This document shows, piece by piece, positions 37,106-49,764 of a DNA stretch of 64,000 nt. Position numbers and translations under genes: made by a program. Location: NCBI RefSeq assembly GCF_963921235.1, contig NC_086107.1:93746001-93810000 (forward strand), written 5' to 3'. Origin of the DNA: Mobula hypostoma. Lineage: Eukaryota. The first letter of the stretch is position 1; every line of letters starts with the position of its first letter. The notes under the pieces were generated by a model. That model saw only the letters and a list, made by a program, of their open reading frames with translations, had not been told where the DNA came from and ran no database searches.

Positions 37106-37664
37106 ACGAAACCTCGAGACATATAGTGAAATGCATCATTTGCGTCAATGACCGACACAGTCTGAGGATGCTGGGGGGCAGATCGCAAGTGCTGCCGTAT
37201 TTCCAGTGCCCACATTGCATGCCCACAACTTACCAAGCCGAATCCATACATCTTTGGAATGTGGGAGAAATCAGGAGGAAATCCATGTAGGTCGCAGGAA
37301 GAACGTACAAACCGCTTTCAGATATTTCGACCCTGGGAAAAAGAGATCAGCTTTGCTTCATCTTTGTTTCTCATAATCTTATACACATCCATCCGGTCTC
37401 CCCTCAGCCTCTCTAAAATACATCATGTCCGATATTCTATCCATAAGCCCAAACACCTCAGTTGGATTTGGCCGATACCTCACATCCAGGTACCCATTAC
37501 TTTACATATAGACTGCAGGAGCCTCTCCAGTAGATTCCAGCCTTCTAGCACTTCTAGGTATCTGTTACTTCATATATAAACCCCCTTAAGCTTCTTAATT
37601 ACACCCCAATCTGTGATATATCCAAGTGTTCATTGTCCGTTAGGTAAAAATTGTATCTTCCCCA

Positions 37665-38495
37665 GAATTGAATTGAATGAACTGACTTTAATTTCTTACA
37701 TCCTTCACATACGCGAGGAGTAAAAATCTTTATGTTACGTCTCCAGATAAATGTGCAATGTGAAATTTATACTAATTTGTAATAAATAGTATGTACAACA
37801 GGATAGTCAATATAGCATAGAAATACAATTGTATCAGTGTGAATTAATCAGTCTGATGGCCTGGTGGAAGAAGCTGTCCCAGAGCCTGTTGGTCCTGGCT
37901 TTTATGCTGCGGTACCATTTCCCGGATGGTAGCAGCTGGAACAGTTTGTGGTTGGGGTGACTCAGGTCCCCAATAATCCTTCAGGCCCTTTTAACACACC
38001 TGTCTCTGTAAATGTCCTGAATAATGGGAAGTTCACATCTACAGATGTGCTGGGCTGTCTGCACCACTCTCTGCAGAGTCCTGCGACTGAGGGAAGTACA
38101 GTTCCCATACCAGGCAGTGATGCAGCCAGCCAGGATGCTCTCAATTGTGCCCCTGTAGAAAGTCCTTAGGATTTAGGGACCCACACCAAACTTCTTCAAC
38201 CGTTCAAGATGAAAGAGGCTCTGTTGTGCTTTTTTCACCACACAGCCAGTACATACAGATCACGTGAGATCCTCGGTGAAGCGTATACTGAGGAACTTAA
38301 AGCTGTTCACCCTCTCAACCCCAGATCCATTGATGCCAATAGGGGTTAGCCTGTCTCCATTCTTCCTGCAATCCACAACCAGCTCCTTTGTTTTTGTGAC
38401 ATTGAGGGAGAGGTTGTTTTCCTGACACCACTGTGTCAGGGTGATGACTTCTTCTCTGTAGGCTGCCTCATTATTATTTGAGATAAGGCCAAACA
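37665..38495 (-). mobile_element. Rex/Babar-type LINE 3' fragment with (TTCAA)n tail
   Basis: The minus strand encodes ..FYRGTIESILAGCITAWYGNC..HPNHKLFQLLPSGK..DSFFHQAIRLIN. Confidence 0.75.
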
Positions 38496-39220
38496 GGCTG
38501 GTGCAATTCTACCCTGCCATCTTAGAGAGCATTCTCACATCAGCCATTACAGTCTGGTTTGGTGACGCTTCTTCTCGCAACAAACGAAAGCCAGAGAGCT
38601 GTCAGAACAGGTCGCTGGCTGTAGTCTGCCATCAACGCAGGACTTGTATGTGTCCAGGCCAAGGAAGCGGACAGGAAAAACCAAATCATTACAGACACTA
38701 CCCACCCTGCAACCTGCCTTTTCCAAAAGTTCCCTTAATGAAAGCGCTATAGGGCTATTAAGACAAAAAACTTCACGCCATTTAAGAGTTTCTTCCCCCA
38801 GGCAGTTAATCTGATTAGACCTCCCCACCCCCCTCGTTCTATTATCCTGTCACTATACTGTACTGCGAACACTTTAAACCACTTTTATAATACTGTTTAC
38901 ACTGTAAATGTAAATAGGGAGAAGGCAGAAGAATAGGGTTGAGATGGATTATAAATCAGCCATGATGGAATGGCAGAGCAAACTCAACACGCCAAATGGC
39001 CAAATTCTGCTCTTATGTCTTATGGTCTAAATACATGCTAGTATTTTTGTACTTATGCTCATTTTATTCCAAATCTGTACTTCTAATGTTGTTTTTATAT
39101 CATTCTTTATTCTTTATAACTCTTAAGTGTTGTTTTTGTTGAAAGTCGAGCCAACACACCACGGGAAATTCCTAATACATGTAAATGTATGTGGTGAATA
39201 AAATTAATCCATGATCCTTA
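38496..39220 (+). mobile_element. Rex/Babar-type LINE 3' fragment with a short CR1 tail inserted
   Basis: FYPAILESILTSAITVWFG; SFFPQAVNLI; gaataaa near 39200. Confidence 0.6.
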
Positions 39221-40174
39221 ATAAAGCTCTCAGCACCTCAATTAGAATCCAGCATGTAACCCACTCCCAGTTATTCTTTATCCTACACATAAATTCACTC
39301 ACATCGCAGTCCATGACACAGCTGGGAGATTATCAGTCCTGTCTCTAACCCTGTGCACACCCACTTAATGACTTTGCCCAGAAGACTGTCATAACATATA
39401 CAGACCACACAAATACCTCAATTACGACCCTGACTATAGTTCTCTCTTGCCAGCCACTTCTCTATCTAGGGACCACTCATAATATACTGCATCCACTCCC
39501 TGGCATTTCAATACAAATCCTTTCAGTCAAATTCCAGGCTCTCTCTAAGGTGTCCAATGCTCCAGATACAAACCAAGCGTGACCCAGAGTAAGTTTCTAG
39601 CCTGTAACTGCAGGCATTAATTTAAAAAAGGTATTGATTATCTATAAAACATTTAAAGGTTTTGATTAGCTTAAATCTTCTCTCTCACTATTAAGTGTCC
39701 GGTTACCTATAAACCATCGACAGCCTCAGTTACACTGCGCCGTCTGCCAATCTGTTTACAGGCCGTCCCCAGGGTAATGAACAAGCATAAAAACAAGGGA
39801 TCCAGCTGGTCAGGCAGCAACTGCGGGCGGGAATAAACAGTCGATGTTTCGGGCCGATACTCTTCATCGGGTCTGGTTTTTACGAATGTCCATATGATGA
39901 TTTTGCAAACAAGTTCAAGAATGTGTAAAAATCACTGGACATAATAACCACACATCCGTGGTCATGAAGGGCATTAAAAGCACATTAATTGATAAAAAAT
40001 AACAATCACTAAAAGTGGAGAGAAAGCAAAAACTGCTTGTGGAGTTGAAAGTACATAGACTTTTAGAGTTAATCATATGTGAGCTCACTTGTATATAGGG
40101 TTTCTGGAAGTCGGGTATTCAAACCAGAGTCAGCCTGTATAATGACCCAAAAAACTTTTGAGGCATCCCTTAAT

Positions 40175-40512
40175 ATCTCTCCCCCACCCCCCCCACCTCT
40201 CTCTCTCTCTCTCTCTCACTCTCCTTTTCACTCCCCCTTGCCCTCTCTCTCCTTCCCTCACATTTCTCTCTCCACATCTCTATTCTCTTTTTCTCTCCCT
40301 CCTCCCTCTCTCTTTCTCTCCCTCCTCCCCCTCTTTCTCACTCCCCTTTCTCTCTCCCTCCCTCCCCACATCTGTCTCTCTCCCTCCATATCTCTCTCTT
40401 TTCCTCATCCCCTCCCTCTCCTTCTCTCTCCCTCCATATCTGTCTCTTTTCTTCACCCCCTCCCTCTTCCCTCTCTCCCCTTTCTCTCTCTCTCCCTCCC
40501 CACACCTCTCTA
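40175..40512. repeat. CT-rich low-complexity polypyrimidine tract
   Basis: Almost only C and T over about 340 bp. Confidence 0.9.
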
Positions 40513-41177
40513 TCTGACACTCGTTTAGCTGCCTGGTTAAATTTCTCACATGAGGTCTGCCAGGTTCAGGCTGGTAACAAAAAGCCACATCAGAAAAACC
40601 ATTTCAAAAAGTCTCCTTGAAAGCCTGGCTCTTCAGCTCAGAGAGTGTGGGAGAATTAATTAGCAGTAATGAGCCCAGGCAGGGATTAATTACAATTGTA
40701 AAATAATGATATTCGGAAATCAGACACCGAAATGTTTTCTTTGCCTGATTTGTAGCTTTTGGGGATTGTTGATTACACAGAGGTGAGCATTCCCCTCATT
40801 TGCATGCATCTTTGAATAATTAATCGAGTCTGTGGAGCACAAAAGGTTGATTTTTACAGAAGGAAATGCTTAGAATGAAGCAGGGGCAAGTGGCTGGGAC
40901 CCAGCAGCCTTTTTCTGATGAGCTTCATTTCTGGGACGGATGGTCCACCCTGACCAAACCTGTGGGGTTCATTGCCACAGATGGCCGTGGAGACCAAGTC
41001 ACTGGGTGTACTCAAAGCAAAGGTTGATAGGTTCTTGATTAGTAAGGATGTCAAAGGTTACAGAGAGAGGGCAGGAGTGAGATGAATAATAAATCAGCCA
41101 TGATTGAATGGTGGAACAGACTTGAAGGGCCAAATGGCCAAATTCTGCTGCTAAAGTCTGATATAATAATAAATAAA

Positions 41178-41482
41178 GGCATCCGTTAGTCTTGTGAGAC
41201 CATGGATCTGTGCCTGGAAAGTCTTCACTCTCCAGGGCGCAGGCCTGGGCAAGGTTATATGGAAGACCAGCAGTTGCCTATGCTGCAAGTCTCCCCTCTC
41301 CATGACACCGATGTGGTCCAAGGGAAGGGCAAGGGCCGATACAGCTTGGCACCAGTGTCATCGCAGAGCACTGTGAGGTTAAGTGCCTTGCTCAAGGACA
41401 CAACACGCTGCCTCGGCTGGGGCTCGAACTCACAACCTTCAGGTCGCTAGTCAAATGCCTTAACCACTTGGCCATGTGCCCA
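41178..41482 (-). mobile_element. tRNA-derived SINE
   Basis: Reverse complement of the 29671 and 42271 family. Confidence 0.85.
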
Positions 41483-41621
41483 CACGTCATATAAGAGCTG
41501 CTTTTAAAAAGCCATCTTGTAAGCATTCTACAAATATGTTCTCTTGGGATCCAGCGCCAACTTGATTGATCATAGCATTATTCTTTTGATTTGCATTTTC
41601 TATCTCCTAAAGGTTGTTATA

Positions 41622-42195
41622 GCTGGGGGTTGGTAATGGGGATAATCTCCCACTACCTATTAAATGCTCCCAATGGTGTGCACTTCAAATAGCCTCTGAC
41701 AACCAAGTTCAGTTCCTGGTTTTCACATGTGGCTTAGCTACTAAGCCTGCAGAACCGTTTCCACTGACAGGAGAAGGGGCAAAGGGGGATTACTGGCACC
41801 TTAAAACCAGTCGCTTCGGGCAGATGGGGCTTGTCAGCCGTGGTTGGCAGCTTATCCAGGAGAAGGAAAATTCTGATCTCCAACCTCCACTGCCTTGCAG
41901 CTATACCCACTCATGGGGAAGGCTTTGGGAGTAAACCCCGAGGAAAAAATCCAGAGCTGGACTCCCCAAGACAGTCCTATATTGAGTTCAAAGCTGACTG
42001 GCAACTTCTGCGATGCTGTTGATACCAAACTGTATCGGTCTCTGTCGTTCCTTTGGGTTCATCAGATGCATGGAGAGGGGGAGCTTGCTACATGGGCAAC
42101 AGCTTGCTCTCCATGTCGTACTGCCCAGGTGTGTGTATCTAGACAGCTAGGACACAATCTCCATGGTCAACTCTGACCGATGGAGGCCCTCAACT
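41622..42195 (+). mobile_element. Non-autonomous RTE derivative (RTE 5' UTR-like head)
   Basis: ggcagcttatccaggagaaggaaaattctgat resembles the RTE 5' UTR motif; the 3' part resembles the tail of the neighbouring SINEs. Confidence 0.55.
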
Positions 42196-42270
42196 CTGTC
42201 TCCTGATGTATTGAGTCCCCACATCCTAGTGATTGGACTTATGGTCTTATTCTGGTGTCTGGTTAGTCTG

Positions 42271-42572
42271 GTGTTGGCATGTGGCCAAGTGGTTAAGGCT
42301 AGTGATCTGAAGGTCGTTAGCTCGAGCCTTGGCTGAGGCAGCGTGTTGTATCCCTGAGCAAGGCACTTAACCACACATTGCTCTGCGACGACACCGGTGC
42401 CAAGCTATATGGGTCCTAATGCCCTTCCCTTAGACAACATCGGTGGCGTGGAGAGGGGAAGACTTGCAGCATGGGCAACTGCTGGTCTTTCATACAACCT
42501 TGCCCAGGCCTGCGCCCTGGAAACCTTCCAAGGCGCAAATCCATGGTCTTACGAGACTAACGGATGCCTATA
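42271..42572 (+). mobile_element. tRNA-derived SINE
   Basis: tggccaagtggttaagg A box; same body as 29671. Confidence 0.85.
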
Positions 42573-42804
42573 AATAAGGGTCAGTCCATATTTCTATCAG
42601 CAGCTGATGTTCAAAGCTGTGTTGTGACCAGCAAGAACATCTCTAACAGTCTTGCTGTTACCTGTGACAGAGGAGCGGCTACCTACTTGGTCAGCTTGGA
42701 CCAGGAGAAGATCTTCAATGGGTCATCTCACATCCTTCAATGAAGAATGGCCCTGCGAGCTGCATTGGCTCGTGGCATGGCTCCGAACTGAGTGAAACTG
42801 AATA

Positions 42805-44172
42805 CTACTGATGTCGGTAGTGGGTAAGTTATTGGAGGGAGTACTAAGAGACAGAATCTACAAGCATTTGGATAGACAGGGACTTATTAGGGACAGTCAA
42901 CATGGCTTTGTGCGTGGCAGGTCATGTTTGACCAATCTATTGGAGTTTTTCGAGGAGGTTACCAGGAAAGTGGATGAAGGGAAGGCAGTGGATGTTGTCT
43001 ACATGGACTTCAGTAAGGCCTTTGACAAGGTCCCACATGGGAGGTTAGATAGGAAAATTCAGTCGCTAGGTATACATGGAGAGGTGGTAAATTGGATTAG
43101 ACATTGGCTCAATGGAAGAAGCCAAAGAGTGGTAGTAGAGAATTGTTTCTCAGAGTGGAGGCCTGTGACTAGTGGTGTGTTCAGCGATCAGTGCTGGGTC
43201 CATTGTTATTTGTCATCTATATCAATGATCTGGATGATAATGTGGTAAATTGGATCAGCAAATTTGCTGATGATACAAAGATTGGAGGTGTAGTGGACAG
43301 TGAGGAAGGTTTTCAGAGCCTGCAGAGGGACTTGGACCAGCTGGAAAAATGGGCTGAAAAATGGCAGATGGAGTTTAATACAGACAAGTATGAGGTATTG
43401 CACTTTGGAAGGACAAACTAAGGTAGAACATACAGGGTAAATGATAAGGCACTGAGGAGTGCAGTAGAACAGAGGGATCTGGGAATACAGATACAAAATT
43501 CCCTATAAATGGTGTTACAAGTAGATAGAGTCATAAAGAGAGCTTTTGGTACATTGGCCCTTATTAAACAAAGCATTGAGTATGAGAGCTGGAATGTTAT
43601 GATGAGGTTGTATAGGCATTGGTGAGGCCGAATCTGGAGTATTGTGTTCAGTTTTGGTCACCAAATTACAGGAAAGATATAAATAAGGTTGAAAGAGTGC
43701 AGAGAAGGTTTACAAGGATGTTGCCGGGACTTGAGAAACTCAGTTACAGAGAAAGGTTGAATAGGTTAGGACTTTATTCCCTGGAGCGTAGAAGAATGAG
43801 GTATATAAAATTATGATGGGTATAGATAGAGTGAATGCAAGCAGGCTTTTTCCACTGAGGCAAGGGGAGAAAAAAACCAGAGGACATGGGTCAAGGGCGA
43901 GGGGGGAAAAGTTTAAAGGGAACATTAGGGGGCGCTTCTTCACACAGAGAGTGGTGGCAGTATGGAATGAACTGCCAGACGAGGTGGTAAATGCGGGTTC
44001 TTTTTTAACATTTAAGAATAAATTGGACAGATACATGGATGGGAGGAGTATGGAGGGATATGGTCCGCGCGCAGGTCAGTGGGACTAGGCAGAAAATGGT
44101 TTGGCACAGCCAAGAAGGGCCAAAAGGCCTGTTTCTGTGCTGTAGTTTTTCTATGGTTTCTACGGTTTTCTA
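42805..44172 (+). mobile_element. 5'-truncated CR1 (RT region), frameshifted
   Basis: [31 protein letters not shown]; (ttctatgg)n-type tail. Confidence 0.95.
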
Positions 44173-44423
44173 TTCGGCCCCTCAAGCCTGCTCTGTCCTT
44201 TATATGATCTTGGTTGACCTATCCTGGCTTCAACTGCTCTTCTGTACTATTGGCAAAGTCAAAGTAAATTTATTATCAAAGTATGTATATGTTACTATAA
44301 ACTACCCCAAGATTCATTTTCTTGCAGGCATTCACAACAGAACAAAGAAATACAATAGAATCAATGAAAAACTACACACAGAGTGACTGACAAATGACCA
44401 GTGTGCAAAAGAAGAAACTGTGC

Positions 44424-44570
44424 AAATAAATAAATAAATACATAAATAAATAACTAGATTGATAGATAGATAAATTGGTTGGTTGATTGATTGTTAGATA
44501 GATAGATAGATAGATGGGTAGATAGATAGGTAGATAAATGGATGGATAGATAGATAGATAGATAGATAGG

Positions 44571-44609
<39 letters not shown>

Positions 44610-44610
44610 G

Positions 44611-44667
<57 letters not shown>

Positions 44668-44696
44668 GGGTAGATAGATAGGTAGGTAAATGGATG

Positions 44697-44757
<61 letters not shown>

Positions 44758-44792
44758 GTAGATAGATAGATAGATAGATATATAGATAGATA
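44424..44792. repeat. Compound (AAAT)n / (GATA)n microsatellite inside an old LINE 3' end
   Basis: About 300 bp of gata with ggta and gatg variants. Confidence 0.95.
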
Positions 44793-45643
44793 ATCCCAAG
44801 AATGTGAGTTGTAAAGTCCTTAAAAGTGAGTCTGTAGATTGCAGAATCAGTTCAGAGTTGAGGTAAGTTATCCGCACTGGTTCAAGAGCCTGATGGTTGA
44901 AGGGTAATGACTGTTCCTCAACCTCACATGAGGCTCCTGCATCTTCTACCCAATGGCAGCAATGAGAAGTGTGCATGGTCTGGATGGTGGGGGCCCTTGA
45001 GATCGGATGCCGCTTTCTTGTGACAGTGCTCCATGTAAATATGGTCAATGAGTGAGGAGGGTTTTGCCTGCAATGGACTGGGCTGTGTCCATCACATGTT
45101 TTCTACTCCTGGGCACTGGTGTTTTCATACCAGGACAGTCACAATACTCTCCACTCTGCATCTATAGACCCTGACCTTTCAACCATTTTACCCACTTCAT
45201 CCTTAAAAACCTCCCATGATCCAGCCTCCATGACGCCTCTGAGGTACACAATTCCTGCAATACACTGCCATCCATGAGCAGAAGTCCCTAAGGATGCCAA
45301 GTTATAAATGACTGCCAGCTAATCTTGTAATCTATTGTCCCATCTCTGTCTGATTGAGGACCATATGGAAAAGTGAAGAAAGATTGAACACCATAAATTC
45401 ATATTATATATGCTAGCCTTCAACGTCAAAGTTTAAAGCATCGTGGAGAGATTTATGACCATTTCATGCAATGACTATGATGTTTATGTGTCACAGGAGT
45501 GAAAAATGGCCCAGGTTTTGCTGATGGCAGAAGCAGGAACGAACACTGTAAAGTCCCTGAAAAATTCTGCCATTTCTGTGTACAGCCACTGGCGATTAGC
45601 TGAATGAGTCAAAGTGCTTTCACATGAGGACCCTAAGTGGGAA

Positions 45644-45895
45644 TACACTCAGTGTATACCTCCTGTACCTAATAAAGTGGCCACTCGGTGTACGTTCGCC
45701 GTCTTCTGATACCACTTCAACGTTTGAGGTGTTCTGCGTTCAGAGATGTTCTCCACGCCACTGTTGTAACACGTGGTTATTTGAGTTACTGTCACCTTCC
45801 TGTCAGCTTGAACCAGCCTGGCCATTCTCCTCTGACCTCTCTCATTAACAAGGCGTTTTCGCCCACAGAACTGCCACACACTGGATGTTACTTGT
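45644..45895 (-). mobile_element. Tc1 transposon remnant
   Basis: ORF 45649-45879 CGRKRLVNERGQRRMARLVQADRKVTVTQITT; TIR cctaataaagtggccactcggtgta. Confidence 0.8.
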
Positions 45896-46474
45896 TGTCT
45901 TTCGTACCATTCCCTTTCAGCTCAGTGCACAAATACATAACACAGTACAGGCCCTTCAGCCCACGATGTTATACCTGCCTTTTAACCCACTCTAAGATCA
46001 ATCTAACACCTCCCTCCTATCTGCCTCTACGCACCCACCACTGTCAATGTAAAAAACTTACCTCTAACATTTGCCCTAAACTTTTCTCCAATCACCTTAA
46101 TGATATGCCCTCTCATATTGTATTGTGATCAAAACATTTCTTTTCAACCTCGTTGGTGTTCCTGTTTACTTGTTCGGCCAGGATCTGTTGCAGAGTGGGG
46201 GGGTATTTGTCACTGAGCTAGTGGTGATGAAAAATTAGAACATAGAACAGTACACACTGGGCAGGGCAATCGGCCCACCATCTTGGTGCCGTCTTACATA
46301 AGGTGCCCTCCTCCTGCGTATCATCCCGTGTCTATCTGAAAGTACTTACTGTCGAAAGACAACAAATTTCACATAAGACGGTGATAATAAACCTGATTTT
46401 AATTCTGAATTCTAGACTAATTGCAACAGGATCATTGTTAGTGTTTAAAGATTAGCTTTATTTGTCACGTACAT

Positions 46475-47012
46475 TTCTGAGGAAAGACATCCTTGCCATA
46501 GAGGGAATACAAAGAAGGTTCACCAGATTGATTCCTGGGATGGCAGGACTTTCATATGAAGAAAGACTGGATGAACTGGGCTTGTACTCGTTGGAATTTA
46601 GAAGATTGAGGGGGGATCTGATTGAAACGTATAAGATCCTAAAGGGATTGGACAGGCTAGATGCAGGAAGATTGTTCCCGATGTTGGGGAAGTCCAGAAC
46701 GAGGGGCCACAGTTTGAGGATAGAGGGGAAGCCTTTTAGGACCGAGATTAGGAAAAACTTCTTCACACAGAGAGTGGTGAATCTGTGGAATTCTCTGCCA
46801 CAGGAAACAGTTGAGGCCAGTTCATTGGCTATATTTAAGAGGGAGTTAGATATTGCCCTTGTGGCTACAGGGGTCAGGGGGTATGGAGGGAAGGCTGGGG
46901 CGGGGTTCTGAGTTGGATGATCAGCCATGATCATAATAAATGGCGGTGCAGGCTCGAAGGGCCAAATGGCCTACTCCTGCACCTATTTTCTATGTTTCTG
47001 TGTTTCTATGAA
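46475..47012 (+). mobile_element. Young CR1 3' fragment, same subfamily as 22396
   Basis: Near-identical to the reverse complement of 22396-22930. Confidence 0.9.
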
Positions 47013-47025
47013 ACACACAGTGAAA

Positions 47026-47530
47026 TACAGTGCTCTGCAAACCTCTTAGGCACACGTATATCGCTAGGGTGCCTAAGACTTTTGCACAGCACTGTAGTAA
47101 TTTTACGTATTGCACTGTACCGCTGCCACAAAAAATAACAAATTTCATGACATATGTGAGTGATGATGAACCTGACTCTGCTATGGGTCTCTATTGTGGT
47201 CTGAGAGTGGGAAGGGGGCAGGGAGAGGGAAATCGTGGTTGGGAAAAGGGGAAGGAGTGGGAAGGACCAGAGAGACATTCTGTAACGATCAATAAAGCAA
47301 TTGTTTGGAATCAAATGACTGTGCCTGGTGTCTCAGGGCTGGGTGTGTCTGCCACCCGCACCAATCACCCCTGGCACCCCTTCTCTGCCATCTGTCCCAC
47401 ACCCCTCCCTCACCATTCCCAATATCCTTTGCTCCCGCCAGATTTTCACACTCGCTCTCTGTTCCACGTTGACACCGTGCAAGAATCTTAGGCACCCTTG
47501 CTGTATATATGTGCCTCTGACTTCTACTGT
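47026..47530 (-). mobile_element. Composite Tc1-type element, copy G
   Basis: Hairpin module at 47026-47096, cargo, degenerate second module about 47475-47530. Confidence 0.8.
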
Positions 47531-47534
47531 GGTT

Positions 47535-47770
47535 CATTTGCGTCAGCGGCCAACGCACACCAAGGACATGCGAGGAGCCATGCTTCTAGCACCAACACAG
47601 CATGCCCACAGTTTGCTAACCCGTGTAGCTTCGGAACGCAGGGGGAAATCAGAGCACCCAGTGGGAATCCGCACGGTCCCGGGGAAGACGTACAAATTCC
47701 TTACAGACCGCGGTGGGATTGAATGAGGGCCATTGGTATTGTAAAGCCAACTGCTACGCTACTGTGTCAC
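47535..47770 (-). mobile_element. V-SINE (HE1-like)
   Basis: gaaatcagagcacccagtgggaatccgcacgg..cgtacaaattccttacagac. Confidence 0.6.
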
Positions 47771-48116
47771 GCGCACACTGCGTGACCTTTGCAAGGAGAA
47801 AGAGGAGATAGTTTTGTACGATCAGCGACCTGTGGGCTCTGAGAAGCTGACACGGTAAAGGAGCTGACAGCCATGGCACTTAAATATGATCATATTGCAC
47901 AGCAGGAGCAGGTCTGAGGAGCCAAGTGGCCTTCTCCTGCTTCAAGTATGTCCTATGGTTACAGAGAGGGGTGGGTGCGTAGAATACACTACTGGGGTGT
48001 TGGTAAAACCAGACATATTAGGGACATTTAAAAGACTTTTACATGGGCACATGGATGAAAGAAAAATGGAGGGCTATGTGGGAGGGAGGGGTTAGATTGG
48101 TCTTCCATTGGAATGG

Positions 48117-48637
48117 CAGACATCCCACCCTGCAAAAACTCATTTCAGGGAGGTAGCTCCATCAATTTGCAGGAAACTTCCAGAACTTCCGGGAGAGGTG
48201 GGATGTCTGCAATAGAGTAGCTCCTTAGCAGCCAGCCAGCTAGTTTAAATAATGTTAGCTATGCTAATGAATGAATGACACCTGTTCAACTCACCTCAAC
48301 ATTTCTTTTACAGTCTTAACCCACCATGGGCAATAGAAAAGTCACTGTTGCAAACAGTGCAGCGAGCAACACTGTCATTATTTTTGACCTCTATGAGGCA
48401 GGGGTACACTTTAGTGTAGTCTGGGGTGACGTACATTTTATATTTTCTTTTTTTTTGGAACACTCTAGCATGGCGCGCGCTCTCTCTTTCTCGCACTCAC
48501 ACTCTCTCTCTCTTGCTCTCTCACTCGCTCTCAAAAAAAATTGATTTCCGGGATATTATATATAACTTGCGGGCATCAGGGAGCCACTATCAATATGCAG
48601 GAGACTCCCGGAACTTCCAGGAGAGGTAGGATGTCTG
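48117..48637 (-). mobile_element. hAT-type non-autonomous DNA transposon with a transposase N-terminal zinc-finger remnant
   Basis: TIRs cagacatcccacc / ggtaggatgtctg; ORF 48308-48496 ARCTVCNSDFSIAHGG; inserted in a CR1 tail; TSD imperfect. Confidence 0.65.
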
Positions 48638-49095
48638 GAATAGGTTAAAATGTCAGCACAACATTGTAGGCCGAAGGGCCTGTACTGCGCCATAATGCTC
48701 TATGAGGTAGTCGAGTGCCAAATGAGCCTCACCAGACATCACACTCAGCTCAGGATCCAGGCCGGTGCCTCATGTCCCTCTTCCAGAGCACAGGCCCAGG
48801 GACAGCACTGCAGTGTGCCGCTGAGGAGGGGTTGCCTTCAGCGGACTTCTGCCCTGCACAGTTGCCCTGGCGACCAGTCCTCCTGCAGGCTTTCAGAGAA
48901 GAGCAGAGTGCTCCGTACTACAGTAGCTGTCATGAGAAACAAGTTTCTGATTTATGGAAAGTTGCTCCGCACAAGTAGGCAACCAGTTATAATTTACTAA
49001 ATTATTTAGAGATACAGCACAGTAACCGGTCATTCTGACCCAACAAGCTGACTGGTCTATAGTTTCCTCAATGGTTCTATCCTCTCTCTTAAACA

Positions 49096-49651
49096 TACAG
49101 TCCCGTGTAAAAACATTAGGCACCTATATACCGTTTGTATATATAGCTAGGGTGCCTAAGACTTTTGCACAGTACTGTATTTGTCAATATGGAGCAGGGA
49201 ACGAGTTTGTAAATCTGGTAGCAGCAAAGGATGTTGGGAATGTCAAGGGTGGAATGCATGGGATGCGTGTGGGACAGGTGGCAGAGAAGGGGTGCCAGGA
49301 GTGAGGGGTGGTGCAGGTGCAGACACACCCAGCCCTGAGATACCAGGCAAGGTCATTTGATTCCAAACAATTGGTTTAATCATCATTACATAATGTCTCT
49401 CTGGTGCTTCCCACTCCCTCCCCTCTCCCTTCCTCTTTTCCCAACCGTGATTCCCCTCTTCCTGCCCCCTTCCTACTCTCAGTTCACAATAGAGACCCAT
49501 ATCAGATTCAGGTTTATCATCATTCATATTTATCATGACTTTTTCTTTTTTGCAGCAGTACAGTGCAATACATAAAATTACTGCAGTGGCTTGCAAAAGT
49601 CTTAGGTACCCCAGCTATAATTATGTGCCAGAGACTTTTGCACAGTACTGT
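49096..49651 (+). mobile_element. Composite Tc1-type element, copy H (complete)
   Basis: Hairpin modules at 49096-49179 and 49581-49651 around the shared cargo. Confidence 0.85.
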
Positions 49652-49764
49652 AAATCTTCATCTCTCCTCTTGTTTCTGTGCTTTTTTCAATAATTCATTT
49701 AATACACAGCAATGCCTCTGCTGTCTCTACCCTGGGTTTCATTGAAATGCAAGGGTGCAATCTC

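Noticed and set aside
40079..40588. Leu/Ser/Pro-rich and Arg/Glu/Gly-rich ORFs
   Set aside because: CT low-complexity tract
44494..45048. 184-aa ORF of LSIY repeats
   Set aside because: Translation of the (GATA)n microsatellite
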